From a virus: a stretch of 64,000 nt of DNA. Both the position numbers and the translations under genes were made by a program. Positions 1-8,787 of this stretch are shown piece after piece. The stretch covers positions 1 through 64,000 of the IMG/VR virus record IMGVR_UViG_3300045971_000385; one strand, given 5' to 3'. Numbering within the stretch: position 1 is the first letter of the stretch; each line of letters opens with the position of its first letter. The notes under the pieces were generated by a model that made no database searches, had not been told where the DNA came from, and saw only the letters and a program-made list of their open reading frames with translations.

Positions 1-261
1 GAAGGCTGGAAAGATAACTTAGCAGCTGCTGCAGTTGTTGGTGGATTAGCTGTTGCTGGAGGGAGTTTAATCGGTGCGCAAAAAGCTATTAATTCCAATA
101 CTATTCATATTGATGGTAAAGAATTTTACAAAAAGTCTGAGCCGGAAGATAAGTCAGAAGCTAAAATAAAAACTGATGACAAAGGAAATAAGTTTTATAC
201 GTGGTCAACTACAGCTGGGAATAAAACACACTATTGGTATTCTCCAGTTAATAAAAAGTAA
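1..261 (+). CDS. partial (5'-truncated) hypothetical protein with hydrophobic segment, EGWKDNLAAAAVVGGLAVAGG...
   Basis: Open frame 1 from the window edge to TAA at 259-261; not in the ORF track because the start lies outside the window. Confidence 0.75.
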   Translation, partial: EGWKDNLAAAAVVGGLAVAGGSLIGAQKAINSNTIHIDGKEFYKKSEPEDKSEAKIKTDDKGNKFYTWSTTAGNKTHYWYSPVNKK

Positions 262-282
262 ATAAGTTACTCTAAAGTAATA

Positions 283-312
283 AACAAAGCCCTCTAAATA
301 GAGGGCTTTGTT
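283..312 (+). terminator. intrinsic terminator-like hairpin
   Basis: AACAAAGCCCTCTA-AA-TAGAGGGCTTTGTT inverted repeat after the stop of the first ORF. Confidence 0.75.
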
Positions 313-324
313 ACAATTAAACGT

Positions 325-371
325 TGTACATTCGTCAGGTTACATGTTATAATAACTTATAAATTGATTAA
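325..371 (+). promoter_or_regulatory. early (sigma70-type) promoter, repeated family
   Basis: TGTACA(325-330)-17 bp-TATAAT(348-353) with TG extension; downstream ACTTATAAATTGATTAA shared with other copies. Confidence 0.85.
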
Positions 372-383
372 TCTGGAGCTATA

Positions 384-680
384 ATGTCAACAATGCAACT
401 ATTCGGTATTCAAGAAACTTATACTGGCTATTGGGTAACCTCAGCAAAATATGGAAGTCTTGGAGATTTCAATAAAGAAGTTTCAATCTTTGCTCAAGAA
501 AAAAATGCTGAACAAGCAATTAAAGAAATTAATAAAAGTATAAAAATTCAAGCACTTGTAGAATCTGAAGAATCCGATGCATTAATATGGGGAACTCATA
601 TCAATCATGCATATCAACAGTTGTTTATAAGAAACATTTCTTTCAACGTAGTTCCCTTAAATGTTACTCCAGTGCAATAA
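384..680 (+). CDS. hypothetical early protein
   Basis: ORF with GGAG RBS directly after promoter. Confidence 0.75.
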   Translation: MSTMQLFGIQETYTGYWVTSAKYGSLGDFNKEVSIFAQEKNAEQAIKEINKSIKIQALVESEESDALIWGTHINHAYQQLFIRNISFNVVPLNVTPVQ

Positions 681-699
681 AATTGTTACACTCTTTTAA

Positions 700-747
700 T
701 GTACATTTCGTCAGGATCATGATATAATTACTTATAAATTGATTAAA
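700..747 (+). promoter_or_regulatory. early promoter, repeated family
   Basis: TGTACA(700-705)-17 bp-TATAAT(723-728); TGTTACA at 684-690. Confidence 0.85.
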
Positions 748-757
748 CGGAGTTAAA

Positions 758-1069
758 GTGGCTAAAGCTATTTATAAGAAGATGCATATTATTTATTTGT
801 TAACAAATGTTATCACTTGTGAAACTTATATCGGAATGGCAGTTTGTGTAGATCGTTCTGGAAAAGAAACTTTAGCAGCTCGTTGGAGTCGTCACGTAGG
901 TCGGGCAAAAAACCAAGGCAAAAATTGGGCACTTTGCAAATCAATCCGCAAATATGGAGCAGAAGTTTTCCACAAAGAGATAGTTACTTTTGTTCGTGGA
1001 AAAGCGGCAGCTCATACTCTTGAAACCGAAATGAAAAAGGCAGGGAAACCAACCCTGAATACAGCATGA
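758..1069 (+). CDS. small GIY-YIG-like endonuclease domain protein
   Basis: IIYLLTNVITCETYIG, then R (ARWSRH) and late E (TLETE) and N, matching GIY-YIG motif order. Confidence 0.7.
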   Translation: MAKAIYKKMHIIYLLTNVITCETYIGMAVCVDRSGKETLAARWSRHVGRAKNQGKNWALCKSIRKYGAEVFHKEIVTFVRGKAAAHTLETEMKKAGKPTLNTA

Positions 1070-1431
1070 ACAATGTTTTACTTAAACAAGCCCTCGAAAT
1101 AATTGCATCAATGACTCCACAACAAATTGTAGATTCTATGATTGAGTATGGGATTAAAGTCTCAACTGACACAGATGGAATTTTGCCAGAACCAGTTAAA
1201 CAGCTTCCATTAACTCCTGAATTACTTCAAAAGTTAAAAGTTTTATCTCAAGGTGAATCTTTTTTCGATCGTACTGATAGTGAAGGAGATCCACTAACTC
1301 CTGACGATCTTGAATTAAATGCTGATGATATTTTTTCAACGGGATATGAATCTGGAGAAATTCAATTGGCACGCGAAATATTATTTCAATTAATGGGTGA
1401 GGAAGAATATGTTAAATTTGCCAGTAACTAA
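1066..1431 (+). CDS. hypothetical protein
   Basis: ATGA-coupled ORF in operon. Confidence 0.7.
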   Translation: MNNVLLKQALEIIASMTPQQIVDSMIEYGIKVSTDTDGILPEPVKQLPLTPELLQKLKVLSQGESFFDRTDSEGDPLTPDDLELNADDIFSTGYESGEIQLAREILFQLMGEEEYVKFASN

Positions 1432-1609
1432 AGATGAACTTCGGCAGCTTCATTCCGGTATCGAATTTGCGAAGAAGTCTCTTTATGATACCGGAAGAAA
1501 TGCAGTAGATGAAGCATTCGGCGCGGGATATTTCGAAAAGACTTTAAAGAATATGCTTGCACTTGAAGATAAATTAGTAAATGCATTTTATTCAAAAGAC
1601 GACGAATAA
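1409..1609 (+). CDS. small protein, paralog of the N-terminal domain of the downstream HNH protein
   Basis: ATG at 1409 after GAGGAAG; MLNLPVTKDELR...YFEKTL...LEDKLVNAFY vs MLNLTKDELR...YFGQTL...LEEKIATAYY. Confidence 0.7.
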   Translation: MLNLPVTKDELRQLHSGIEFAKKSLYDTGRNAVDEAFGAGYFEKTLKNMLALEDKLVNAFYSKDDE

Positions 1610-1618
1610 GGATTTAAA

Positions 1619-2485
1619 ATGTTAAACTTGACAAAAGATGAATTGCGAATGGTTCGTGAGGGAGTTAAACTCTCTATGGAAAATTTCCGTAATAATCAAG
1701 ATAAGACAAGTGAGTCATTTGATCTGCTATATTTCGGACAGACATTAAACAAATTAAATTTGTTAGAAGAAAAAATAGCCACCGCATATTATGCACCTGG
1801 AAATAAAGAAGCTAAAGCTAAATCAGCAAATGTAGATTTACCAGCTTCTCCAGCAGCAAAAGCGTTAATTAAATATCACAAGACCCGCGAAGGATTTAAT
1901 GTTAAGCAGGTTTTAACTGTTAAACAGGGAATGTTAATAGTCAAAACAAAACAGAAATTCCACAAAATCAGTAAGCGATTAAAATTCTTCGGAGTTCATA
2001 CAACTCAACCACACCGCATGAAACAATATTTAGTTAACTCCGGGCAAAATACCTGTGTTAAATGTGGAGTAGTTGGAGATCATTTTAATCTCGAGCGACA
2101 TAAAAATGCGGAATCCAATGCATACAATATTACTCTTTATGGCTGGAAGGGAGAGAAAGAAGTTGCAATGACATGGGATCATATTATTCCTGTTGCTCTT
2201 GGTGGTGCTGATTCAGTAGAAAATGCTCAATGTATGTGCAGCGATTGCAATGTGGAGAAGGGACACAATCTTTCCATATTTGATATTGCTAAAATAGTCA
2301 CTGATCCAAATGTTCTTAAAATGTACAAATCGGAAAATGTTGCTAAGAAGCCAGGCATTGAAAAATTACTAGCCCAAATGAAACAGAATTTGAGTATGGA
2401 ATGTAATCGCATCAAACATATGCCACCAATAAAGCAAGACAAAGTTCACCCATCAGTCGCAAGAATGGTAAAAGCATATTCATAA
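1619..2485 (+). CDS. HNH endonuclease
   Basis: CVKC ... DHIIPVALGGADSVENAQCMCSDCNVEKG: HNH motif with Zn ligands. Confidence 0.85.
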   Translation: MLNLTKDELRMVREGVKLSMENFRNNQDKTSESFDLLYFGQTLNKLNLLEEKIATAYYAPGNKEAKAKSANVDLPASPAAKALIKYHKTREGFNVKQVLTVKQGMLIVKTKQKFHKISKRLKFFGVHTTQPHRMKQYLVNSGQNTCVKCGVVGDHFNLERHKNAESNAYNITLYGWKGEKEVAMTWDHIIPVALGGADSVENAQCMCSDCNVEKGHNLSIFDIAKIVTDPNVLKMYKSENVAKKPGIEKLLAQMKQNLSMECNRIKHMPPIKQDKVHPSVARMVKAYS

Positions 2486-2500
2486 TTAAGGTAGAATACT

Positions 2501-2902
2501 ATGAGCAACAATCTTACTGCTTGGCTTTCAGCCATTAATGCTCCAGAACGAGCTCAACATTTAGTTGTATTTGCAAAGGAACACATTAGAAATTCTAGCG
2601 GGGTTAAAACTCTCGGTTCCTTTCTAAATTGCTTAAATGATAATGAATTAACAACTTTGAATTTCTTGCTTGAATTGGATTGTGCGCGCAAGGATATTGA
2701 AGAACTTATCACTTACACGCACGATAATGTTTTCTTTTGTCAAGAAGCCACAATGGAAGATACAATAAGTTACTTTAAATTAATTGCATCTTTGATAACA
2801 AGAAGTCGTCAATTAGGTGGAGATTATGTTATTAAAGATGAAACTGTTATAACATTTAAACCAGAAGGAGCTACCCAAGATACAGAACATTACTTTCTGT
2901 AA
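2501..2902 (+). CDS. hypothetical protein
   Basis: ORF with AAGG RBS. Confidence 0.7.
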   Translation: MSNNLTAWLSAINAPERAQHLVVFAKEHIRNSSGVKTLGSFLNCLNDNELTTLNFLLELDCARKDIEELITYTHDNVFFCQEATMEDTISYFKLIASLITRSRQLGGDYVIKDETVITFKPEGATQDTEHYFL

Positions 2903-2949
2903 ACATTCCTGTTACAATTCTTTTGAAAATAACTAAAATAACTGTGTAC
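2890..2949 (+). repeat. copy 1 of 60-bp duplicated promoter-upstream block
   Basis: 2909-2949 identical (41 bp) to 6139-6179; 2890-2949 vs 6120-6179 has 3 mismatches. Confidence 0.9.
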
Positions 2950-2992
2950 TTTATCAGGTTAACGTGTTATAATAACATATAAATTGATTAAA
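2945..2992 (+). promoter_or_regulatory. early promoter, repeated family
   Basis: TGTACT(2945-2950)-17 bp-TATAAT(2968-2973). Confidence 0.85.
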
Positions 2993-3010
2993 CAGCTAAA
3001 GGAATAAACT

Positions 3011-3976
3011 ATGAATGAAGCAATAATCTCCTTGGATTCTCGTTCAAACAAATGGACAGCAACATTTAATGGCAAGATTCTTGCTTCTTCTCCTAATAAA
3101 GAATATGTTATCAGCAACATAACTAATGGTCGATGCACAAAAGCCAATGCTGTAAAAGTTACTAAAGTTCGTGAGGTTGGTCAAACAACTTTGAATGCAG
3201 AAACTGGTAAAGTTGAAAATGTTGAACGCTTTAATATTAATGAGCGTTTCGAATTTCTTACAGATTTCGTAAACATGGTTGCTGATCGCACTTCTGCTTC
3301 ATTAATAATTACAGGTGAAGGCGGTCTTGGAAAAACTTTTACAGTTAATCGTGCTTTGACCGATGCAGGTATGCAAAATACTGCAAAGCTGGTTGGATTT
3401 AGTTCAGATGATGGTTTAACTGCTGCACAATCTCGGACTTTGTATTCTGTTGTTAAAGGTTATTCCACGGCAAAAGGTTTGTATCGCACGTTATACGAAA
3501 ATCGTAATCGCGTAATTATTTTTGATGATTGCGATTCAATTCTTAAAGATGATACTGCACTGAATATTCTCAAGGGTGCATTGGATTCTTATGACGAGCG
3601 GATTATTTCTTGGAATGCAGAAAGTTTCGGCAAAGATGATGATCTCCCACGTAGCTTTGCTTTTAAAGGTGGAGTTATTTTTATCTCTAATATGCCTTTA
3701 TTCAAGATCGATAATGCAGTTCGCTCCCGTGCAATCTGTGTTGATGTGTCAATGACTCTGGATCAGAAAATTGAACGCATGACCCGCATTATCGATGACG
3801 AAGGATTCTTGCCAGAATATGAACGTTCTGCAAAAGTAATGGCTTTGGCTTTCATTAACAAAATGAAAAATGAAACAAAAGAAATGTCCCTTCGCACTTT
3901 GATTTCAGTTACAAAAGTTGCTGGACGCGGAGACAATTGGGAACGACGTGCAGAATATCTCTTGACTGCAGTTTAA
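3011..3976 (+). CDS. AAA-type P-loop ATPase
   Basis: Walker A GEGGLGKT, Walker B IIFDDCD, sensor-like FISN, arginine-finger-like VRSR. Confidence 0.8.
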   Translation: MNEAIISLDSRSNKWTATFNGKILASSPNKEYVISNITNGRCTKANAVKVTKVREVGQTTLNAETGKVENVERFNINERFEFLTDFVNMVADRTSASLIITGEGGLGKTFTVNRALTDAGMQNTAKLVGFSSDDGLTAAQSRTLYSVVKGYSTAKGLYRTLYENRNRVIIFDDCDSILKDDTALNILKGALDSYDERIISWNAESFGKDDDLPRSFAFKGGVIFISNMPLFKIDNAVRSRAICVDVSMTLDQKIERMTRIIDDEGFLPEYERSAKVMALAFINKMKNETKEMSLRTLISVTKVAGRGDNWERRAEYLLTAV

Positions 3977-3986
3977 GGAAACGAAA

Positions 3987-4187
3987 ATGACTGAAGAATT
4001 TATATCCTTAGGTGCAAAATGCAAAGTCTGCGGGAAGACCCGTGGATTGCATCAAAGCAAAACAGCAATGTGTCCGACTGGATTAAAAACTCGTATAGGA
4101 TATACTTCCTTCGGTCCAACAGTATTTGAATTGAAGCCAAGTTCGAAAAAAGAAATTGAAGCTGAAAAGAAACGGTTTAAAATATGA
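3987..4187 (+). CDS. small Cys/His-containing hypothetical protein
   Basis: CKVC...H...C; AAGGA RBS. Confidence 0.65.
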   Translation: MTEEFISLGAKCKVCGKTRGLHQSKTAMCPTGLKTRIGYTSFGPTVFELKPSSKKEIEAEKKRFKI

Positions 4188-4543
4188 CTTACCCTACTGA
4201 ATTAATTGCCCAAGCCGAATATGAAATGAAAATTTTTGAGCGCTGCGGTAGTATTACGTGTCAAAATTTAATCAATGAAGTTAAGAAACTTCGTGCTACA
4301 ATTGAGACAATAAAGCAAGCAAAAGTAGATGAGTATTTTCCAGGAGATACGAAACCGTTATTATCCAAATATGAAATTGAAAGTCGTTTACAGGCATTCT
4401 GGGATTCAAATGAGCAAGATTGGTCGGTGTTCAATGATGTTCCTGAATCACAGCAAGTAAGTGTGATGTACCCACATCGAATAAGTGCTCTCAATATTGA
4501 TCCCGCGCACCTTGGTCCAAAAACAGAAGGAGGATTAACATGA
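4184..4543 (+). CDS. hypothetical protein
   Basis: ATGA-coupled ORF. Confidence 0.7.
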   Translation: MTYPTELIAQAEYEMKIFERCGSITCQNLINEVKKLRATIETIKQAKVDEYFPGDTKPLLSKYEIESRLQAFWDSNEQDWSVFNDVPESQQVSVMYPHRISALNIDPAHLGPKTEGGLT

Positions 4544-4893
4544 CTGAAGTTAAACTAATAACAGCTCAAGAGGCAAGAGAGCTAGTTCAATCTAGCGATG
4601 AACTTGTTTCTAAAATGCTTAATTGCATCAGTACTGAAATTTCTATTGCTTGTAAACTTGGAGCACGCTTTATCTATTTGGATAAAGCAATTGGTTCTCC
4701 AATTTTCCATGTCAATAATGAATCATTTAGGGCAAATGAACCTACTCCTATTCAGCAGCTTTATTTTGAAAAGTTGCAAGCTGCAGGATATCAAGTTAAA
4801 ATGGATCAGCAAACTTATAAAGGTGGTGGTCTGGGTTGTATGGAAGAAAATCCTCCTGATGTTACTCGTTGGCATATTAAAGTTTCCTGGTAG
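4540..4893 (+). CDS. hypothetical protein
   Basis: ATGA-coupled, GGAGG RBS. Confidence 0.75.
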   Translation: MTEVKLITAQEARELVQSSDELVSKMLNCISTEISIACKLGARFIYLDKAIGSPIFHVNNESFRANEPTPIQQLYFEKLQAAGYQVKMDQQTYKGGGLGCMEENPPDVTRWHIKVSW

Positions 4894-4899
4894 AAAATT

Positions 4900-5139
4900 A
4901 TGATAGACACTCACAAACTTATAGAATTTTGTTATGAAGCAAAATTGAATATCCAACCTAACCCAATGTTAATGAGCGATGAGCTTTTAGATTTCGCACA
5001 AATGATTGTTAAAGAATGTACCGGAATCATGCGTCAAAAATCAGTTGATGCACAACGCAACAACACTTATATGGGTGATGATGTTCCAACATCAGTACTT
5101 ATTTCTGCTGTTGAAAAACACTTTAGGATTTCAAAATGA
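4900..5139 (+). CDS. hypothetical protein
   Basis: ORF in tightly packed operon. Confidence 0.65.
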   Translation: MIDTHKLIEFCYEAKLNIQPNPMLMSDELLDFAQMIVKECTGIMRQKSVDAQRNNTYMGDDVPTSVLISAVEKHFRISK

Positions 5140-5822
5140 GTACTCATGCTGCAATTTGGATGCGAAATTCCGAAGGTACAGTTACAGGGATTTACTGTCA
5201 CTATGATGGTTATCTTTCTCATGTTGGCAGAATACTTCAAGCTCATTATAATGATCCCGAGAAAGTAAAAGCTCTAATATCACTTGGCGACATTTCTTAT
5301 TTGGGAAATACTTTAGAATCAAAAGCCGGGCAGCATGTGGATAATAACATCAACACGATAGTAGATAAAGATAGATACACATTAGCTTACGGAGAACGAC
5401 CATCAGAAGCAGATGATGTAGAATCATTTATGAACGGTTGGAAAGAAGAATTTAATTATTTCTGGAATGGTAATGACTGGTTATTTTTTGACGATGTCAA
5501 ATGGGTTTATTTAAGAAATGTATTGGCTGAGGAGAATATTATGGTATGGCAAGATGACATGGTAGTTGAGCAACAATCAACTGCAGGTTGGAGTGACAAG
5601 AAAATTGAAGTTCGGCTTTCAAATGAAGAAGTTTCAGATCTTCATAAGCATGAAATCCTGGATCGTATTTCTGTTATTAATCATTTGTTTAATGACGTTG
5701 TTATGGATCACCCAGCAGCAAAATTGCTCACTCAAGATAAGCTTGAATTAGTTGGGAAAGCTTTGGCTGATCTTTATCAAGATGCTGGTAACATGCGCTT
5801 TGAAGAGAAGCCGTTATGTTAA
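5136..5822 (+). CDS. hypothetical phage protein (IYCHYDGY motif)
   Basis: ATGA-coupled ORF; N-terminal MST...IYCHYDGY...VG..L motif recalled from other phage proteins. Confidence 0.75.
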   Translation: MSTHAAIWMRNSEGTVTGIYCHYDGYLSHVGRILQAHYNDPEKVKALISLGDISYLGNTLESKAGQHVDNNINTIVDKDRYTLAYGERPSEADDVESFMNGWKEEFNYFWNGNDWLFFDDVKWVYLRNVLAEENIMVWQDDMVVEQQSTAGWSDKKIEVRLSNEEVSDLHKHEILDRISVINHLFNDVVMDHPAAKLLTQDKLELVGKALADLYQDAGNMRFEEKPLC

Positions 5823-6040
5823 TGCTAACAGTAATTTACAATGGTTCTCAAAACCAAGAACCAGTTCTTTTAACTGGAAAGGATATGAGAGTTATTGGCG
5901 CAAAAGAAGTTGATGAAGTTTTGTTATTAGCTCTAGGAGATAAGTTACTAGAAGAAAACATTATTTCTGCATATCAATTAGTTCAACATGTAGGAATGCC
6001 AGTAACTAAAATTCTTGCGGGTCTTGAAGAATCTGAGTGA
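5816..6040 (+). CDS. hypothetical protein
   Basis: overlapping ORF at end of operon. Confidence 0.6.
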   Translation: MLMLTVIYNGSQNQEPVLLTGKDMRVIGAKEVDEVLLLALGDKLLEENIISAYQLVQHVGMPVTKILAGLEESE

Positions 6041-6054
6041 CACCCAGATGAACC

Positions 6055-6097
6055 CAGAGATGATTTCACTCTCTATTAAGATAGTTAATCATCTCTG
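6055..6097. other. intergenic inverted repeat / hairpin
   Basis: CAGAGATGATT(6055-6065) ... AATCATCTCTG(6087-6097). Confidence 0.6.
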
Positions 6098-6119
6098 ATG
6101 AAGAAACACCTCTGAATAG

Positions 6120-6179
6120 TTACTTTCTATTAACATTTCTGTTACAATTCTTTTGAAAATAACTAAAATAACTGTGTAC
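6120..6179 (+). repeat. copy 2 of 60-bp duplicated promoter-upstream block
   Basis: see 2890-2949. Confidence 0.9.
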
Positions 6180-6220
6180 ATACGTCAGGTTGCATGATAT
6201 AATTACTTATAAATTGATAA
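6175..6220 (+). promoter_or_regulatory. early promoter, repeated family
   Basis: TGTACA(6175-6180)-17 bp-TATAAT(6198-6203). Confidence 0.85.
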
Positions 6221-6241
6221 AACGACTAAGGAAAATATCAA

Positions 6242-6343
6242 ATGGATGCAACATTATGGGATAGATACCAAATGTACGTCGCAAGAATGCAGGGTTCAGA
6301 TGAATATATTCTAACATATGATGAGTGGCTTGAATGCCCGTAG
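6242..6343 (+). CDS. 33-aa small early protein MDATLWDRYQMYVARMQGSDEYILTYDEWLECP
   Basis: AAGGA RBS, first ORF after promoter; below ORF-track cutoff. Confidence 0.65.
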   Translation: MDATLWDRYQMYVARMQGSDEYILTYDEWLECP

Positions 6344-6391
6344 TTATTTCAGTTACAAATTATTTTATTAAAAATTAAAGGAATTAAAATT

Positions 6392-6862
6392 ATGTTACAA
6401 AATATCGCTCACATTGCTTCTCTCCCATATCGCCCAAATGATTCCATCATCATGGAAATGCTGCGTCGCATCGAACGCAAATTACCAAAAGGCATGAAAG
6501 TTGATAGCAAGAATTTTCAGCAATCTGTTTTGGATGCTGGAAAAGCTGTTGATGCAGAAGGTGACATGGCAATTCTTTCTTTAGTTCGCCAAATTTCTGC
6601 TCCTGAACCAGAAAAAGTGTTGAAGATTAAATCTTCTCCTAAAGGTGCTCGTATTGAAATCGCGGCTGCTGATGGAGTTCGTTATTCTTTCGGCCCAATT
6701 TGGAATGTTTCTGTCAACAAAGGCAAAGGTATTGCATATGCTGAATGCAATCGCAACAAATTGAATCATCAAGGGTTGATGATGGGTATCAAAGATCCAG
6801 CAGATATGGATGTCCAAGTATTGGGTAAAGCAATTGCTGAAGCTTTAGTTATTCAGGGCTGA
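6392..6862 (+). CDS. hypothetical protein
   Basis: AAGGA RBS. Confidence 0.8.
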   Translation: MLQNIAHIASLPYRPNDSIIMEMLRRIERKLPKGMKVDSKNFQQSVLDAGKAVDAEGDMAILSLVRQISAPEPEKVLKIKSSPKGARIEIAAADGVRYSFGPIWNVSVNKGKGIAYAECNRNKLNHQGLMMGIKDPADMDVQVLGKAIAEALVIQG

Positions 6863-6863
6863 T

Positions 6864-7064
6864 ATGCAGGATAAAATTTTTATCCCTAAAGGTGCTCTAA
6901 AGAAGCAACAACCCGATAATGTTGTTGCTTCTAATTTAATAGAGCTCCGCGATAGTCTTCAGCATAGGGCTTTCTATGAAAATGGAACATGCAAAAATAC
7001 AGATATTGCTGAAATAGTTTTCAAAATTAATTCTTGTCTCTATCTTCAGAATCCAAGATTTTAA
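6864..7064 (+). CDS. hypothetical protein
   Basis: ORF immediately after previous stop. Confidence 0.55.
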   Translation: MQDKIFIPKGALKKQQPDNVVASNLIELRDSLQHRAFYENGTCKNTDIAEIVFKINSCLYLQNPRF

Positions 7065-7890
7065 ATTCAATGGTCGGATTTTTAAATTTTCTAAGTAATG
7101 GAATTTTAAAAATCCGATCTAGTGGTTTTACGTCACCCAAATATTCCTCTTCTACTCTGTCCTTAAACATCTCTCCATAATGTGCTTCGATGTTATCAAG
7201 TGCTTCTTGATCATTGTCACGTATTTCTAAATCAAATCCGCCAATTGTAAATTGAACAATTTTCCGCTCGAAGAGTGGCATTGTGTTGTTCAATTTTTCT
7301 AATGTAGGCCAAAATGAAAATGCTAATTCTTCATTCTCTAAAAAGAAAAATGGTATTATGCTTTTCTTAGATTTAAATGCATATCTGTATAACCCAAGAT
7401 TATCATAATTTATTGCCGGTACTTCTAAATCTAGAATTGAACCACTCATTATAATAGTTCCATCTTCAATAGAAGACATCATTTTTATTTTTGCGCATAA
7501 TTGAGGACTTGTAACTCTAAAGCTATTGGCCCAATGAACGCATTCAAATTCGAAGAATTTTTTAAGATCGAAAAAATGTGGCACTATATTAATACGCAAT
7601 TTTTTAGCAAGCGCTTTTATTGATTTACCATATCCACTTGGTGTCTCATCTGTAAAATATGGTTGCATTACAGTAAAGCGAACATTCGCTTGTGACCATG
7701 CATAAATCATAGCTTGATCACAAATAGAAGATCCTATTAATAAAGTATATGGCGCAGGGTAATTTTTAACTATATTCTTAACGGTTTTAATTGCGGTATC
7801 AATAGGCAATATGCTGCTATCATACTTCGGATTAAGCTGAATAGTAATTTTATTATTATGTACATCTAATTTTTGATTCATCCACTTCAT
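7027..7890 (-). CDS. hypothetical protein, possible degenerate PP-loop (adenine nucleotide alpha-hydrolase-like) fold
   Basis: PYTLLIGSSICDQAMIYAW sits where hhhSGGxDS would be; late promoter on minus strand at 7985-7992. Confidence 0.6.
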   Translation of the reverse strand: MKWMNQKLDVHNNKITIQLNPKYDSSILPIDTAIKTVKNIVKNYPAPYTLLIGSSICDQAMIYAWSQANVRFTVMQPYFTDETPSGYGKSIKALAKKLRINIVPHFFDLKKFFEFECVHWANSFRVTSPQLCAKIKMMSSIEDGTIIMSGSILDLEVPAINYDNLGLYRYAFKSKKSIIPFFFLENEELAFSFWPTLEKLNNTMPLFERKIVQFTIGGFDLEIRDNDQEALDNIEAHYGEMFKDRVEEEYLGDVKPLDRIFKIPLLRKFKNPTIEFKILDSEDRDKN

Positions 7891-7984
7891 TATTCACCAC
7901 GTTATTGATTATTGATCAGAAGAAATATATCTTATGATTCTAATATAAAATAAATGTGAGTATGATTATTAAGATCTGATTATT

Positions 7985-7992
7985 TATTTATA
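7985..7992 (-). promoter_or_regulatory. T4-type late promoter TATAAATA
   Basis: TATTTATA on + strand, upstream of the 7027-7890 minus-strand gene. Confidence 0.6.
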
Positions 7993-8022
7993 TGCATTTT
8001 GAAAAATCGAGATCGATAAATT

Positions 8023-8030
8023 AATAAATA
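8023..8030 (+). promoter_or_regulatory. late-type promoter variant AATAAATA for the cyclitol operon
   Basis: 1 mismatch to TATAAATA; same variant precedes structural gene 31794 and genes 26709 and 56072. Confidence 0.55.
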
Positions 8031-8058
8031 TTAGTAATATTATTTCAAAGTAACTATT

Positions 8059-8787
8059 ATGATTCTTATAATTTGTATGGCTGGCTTAAACACTAGATTC
8101 CATGATGTTGGAGTTGACTGCCCAAAATATTTGTTACCATGGGGTAACGAATCTATTATAACTGAAATTCTTGAACAATTAACAAAGGATTATAATTTTA
8201 AAGAAATTATGCTCCTAGCTAATAAACGAGACAGTTACTTCAAACATAAACTTCGATTAGCAACAGATAAATTTGGTGTGAATATCTACTATATTGGTGA
8301 TACACACGGTCAAGCTGAGACTGCAGCAATTGCAGCAAAAATGACAGAATTGGATTGCCCGATATTATTTCATAATGCAGACACTATCATCTCTGATAGA
8401 AGTATGAAGGGTATACAAGAATTTCTAATTAGAAATGACGCTTACATTGATACATTCTATGCTGATAATCCTGCATATTGCTATGTAAATGTTGATCATG
8501 AAAAGATAATATCAATAGATGAAAAGAAAACTATTACTGGAATAGCAAGTTCGGGTTTATATGGTTTTAAGTCGGCTAAAGAATATCTTAAAGCATATGA
8601 TCAGACTGTTAAATTTGCTTCTTCTGAAACATATATTTCAGATGTGTTACAAACAATACTTAAAAATGGCGGGTCAATTGCTATTAATGAAAGAATTCAC
8701 AGTCAATCATTTTTTAAAAATAGGGCAGCCACTAAAGTAATAGGTAGTCCTAAAGAATACTGGGAAGCAATAAATGAAATCAACTAA
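8059..8787 (+). CDS. sugar/cyclitol-phosphate nucleotidyltransferase (NTP_transferase, GT-A fold)
   Basis: IICMAGLNTRF...PKYLL, THGQAET, HNADT, EKK, ASSGLYGF, ETYISD. Confidence 0.8.
   Translation: MILIICMAGLNTRFHDVGVDCPKYLLPWGNESIITEILEQLTKDYNFKEIMLLANKRDSYFKHKLRLATDKFGVNIYYIGDTHGQAETAAIAAKMTELDCPILFHNADTIISDRSMKGIQEFLIRNDAYIDTFYADNPAYCYVNVDHEKIISIDEKKTITGIASSGLYGFKSAKEYLKAYDQTVKFASSETYISDVLQTILKNGGSIAINERIHSQSFFKNRAATKVIGSPKEYWEAINEIN

Noticed and set aside
758-2485. GIY-YIG and HNH genes as parts of mobile introns
   Set aside because: Free-standing in an operon of short ORFs; no interrupted host gene visible
300-6230. Recurrent 45-60 bp intergenic sequences as a CRISPR array or ncRNA family
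   Set aside because: Irregularly spaced, separated by whole genes, and explained by -35/-10 promoter architecture
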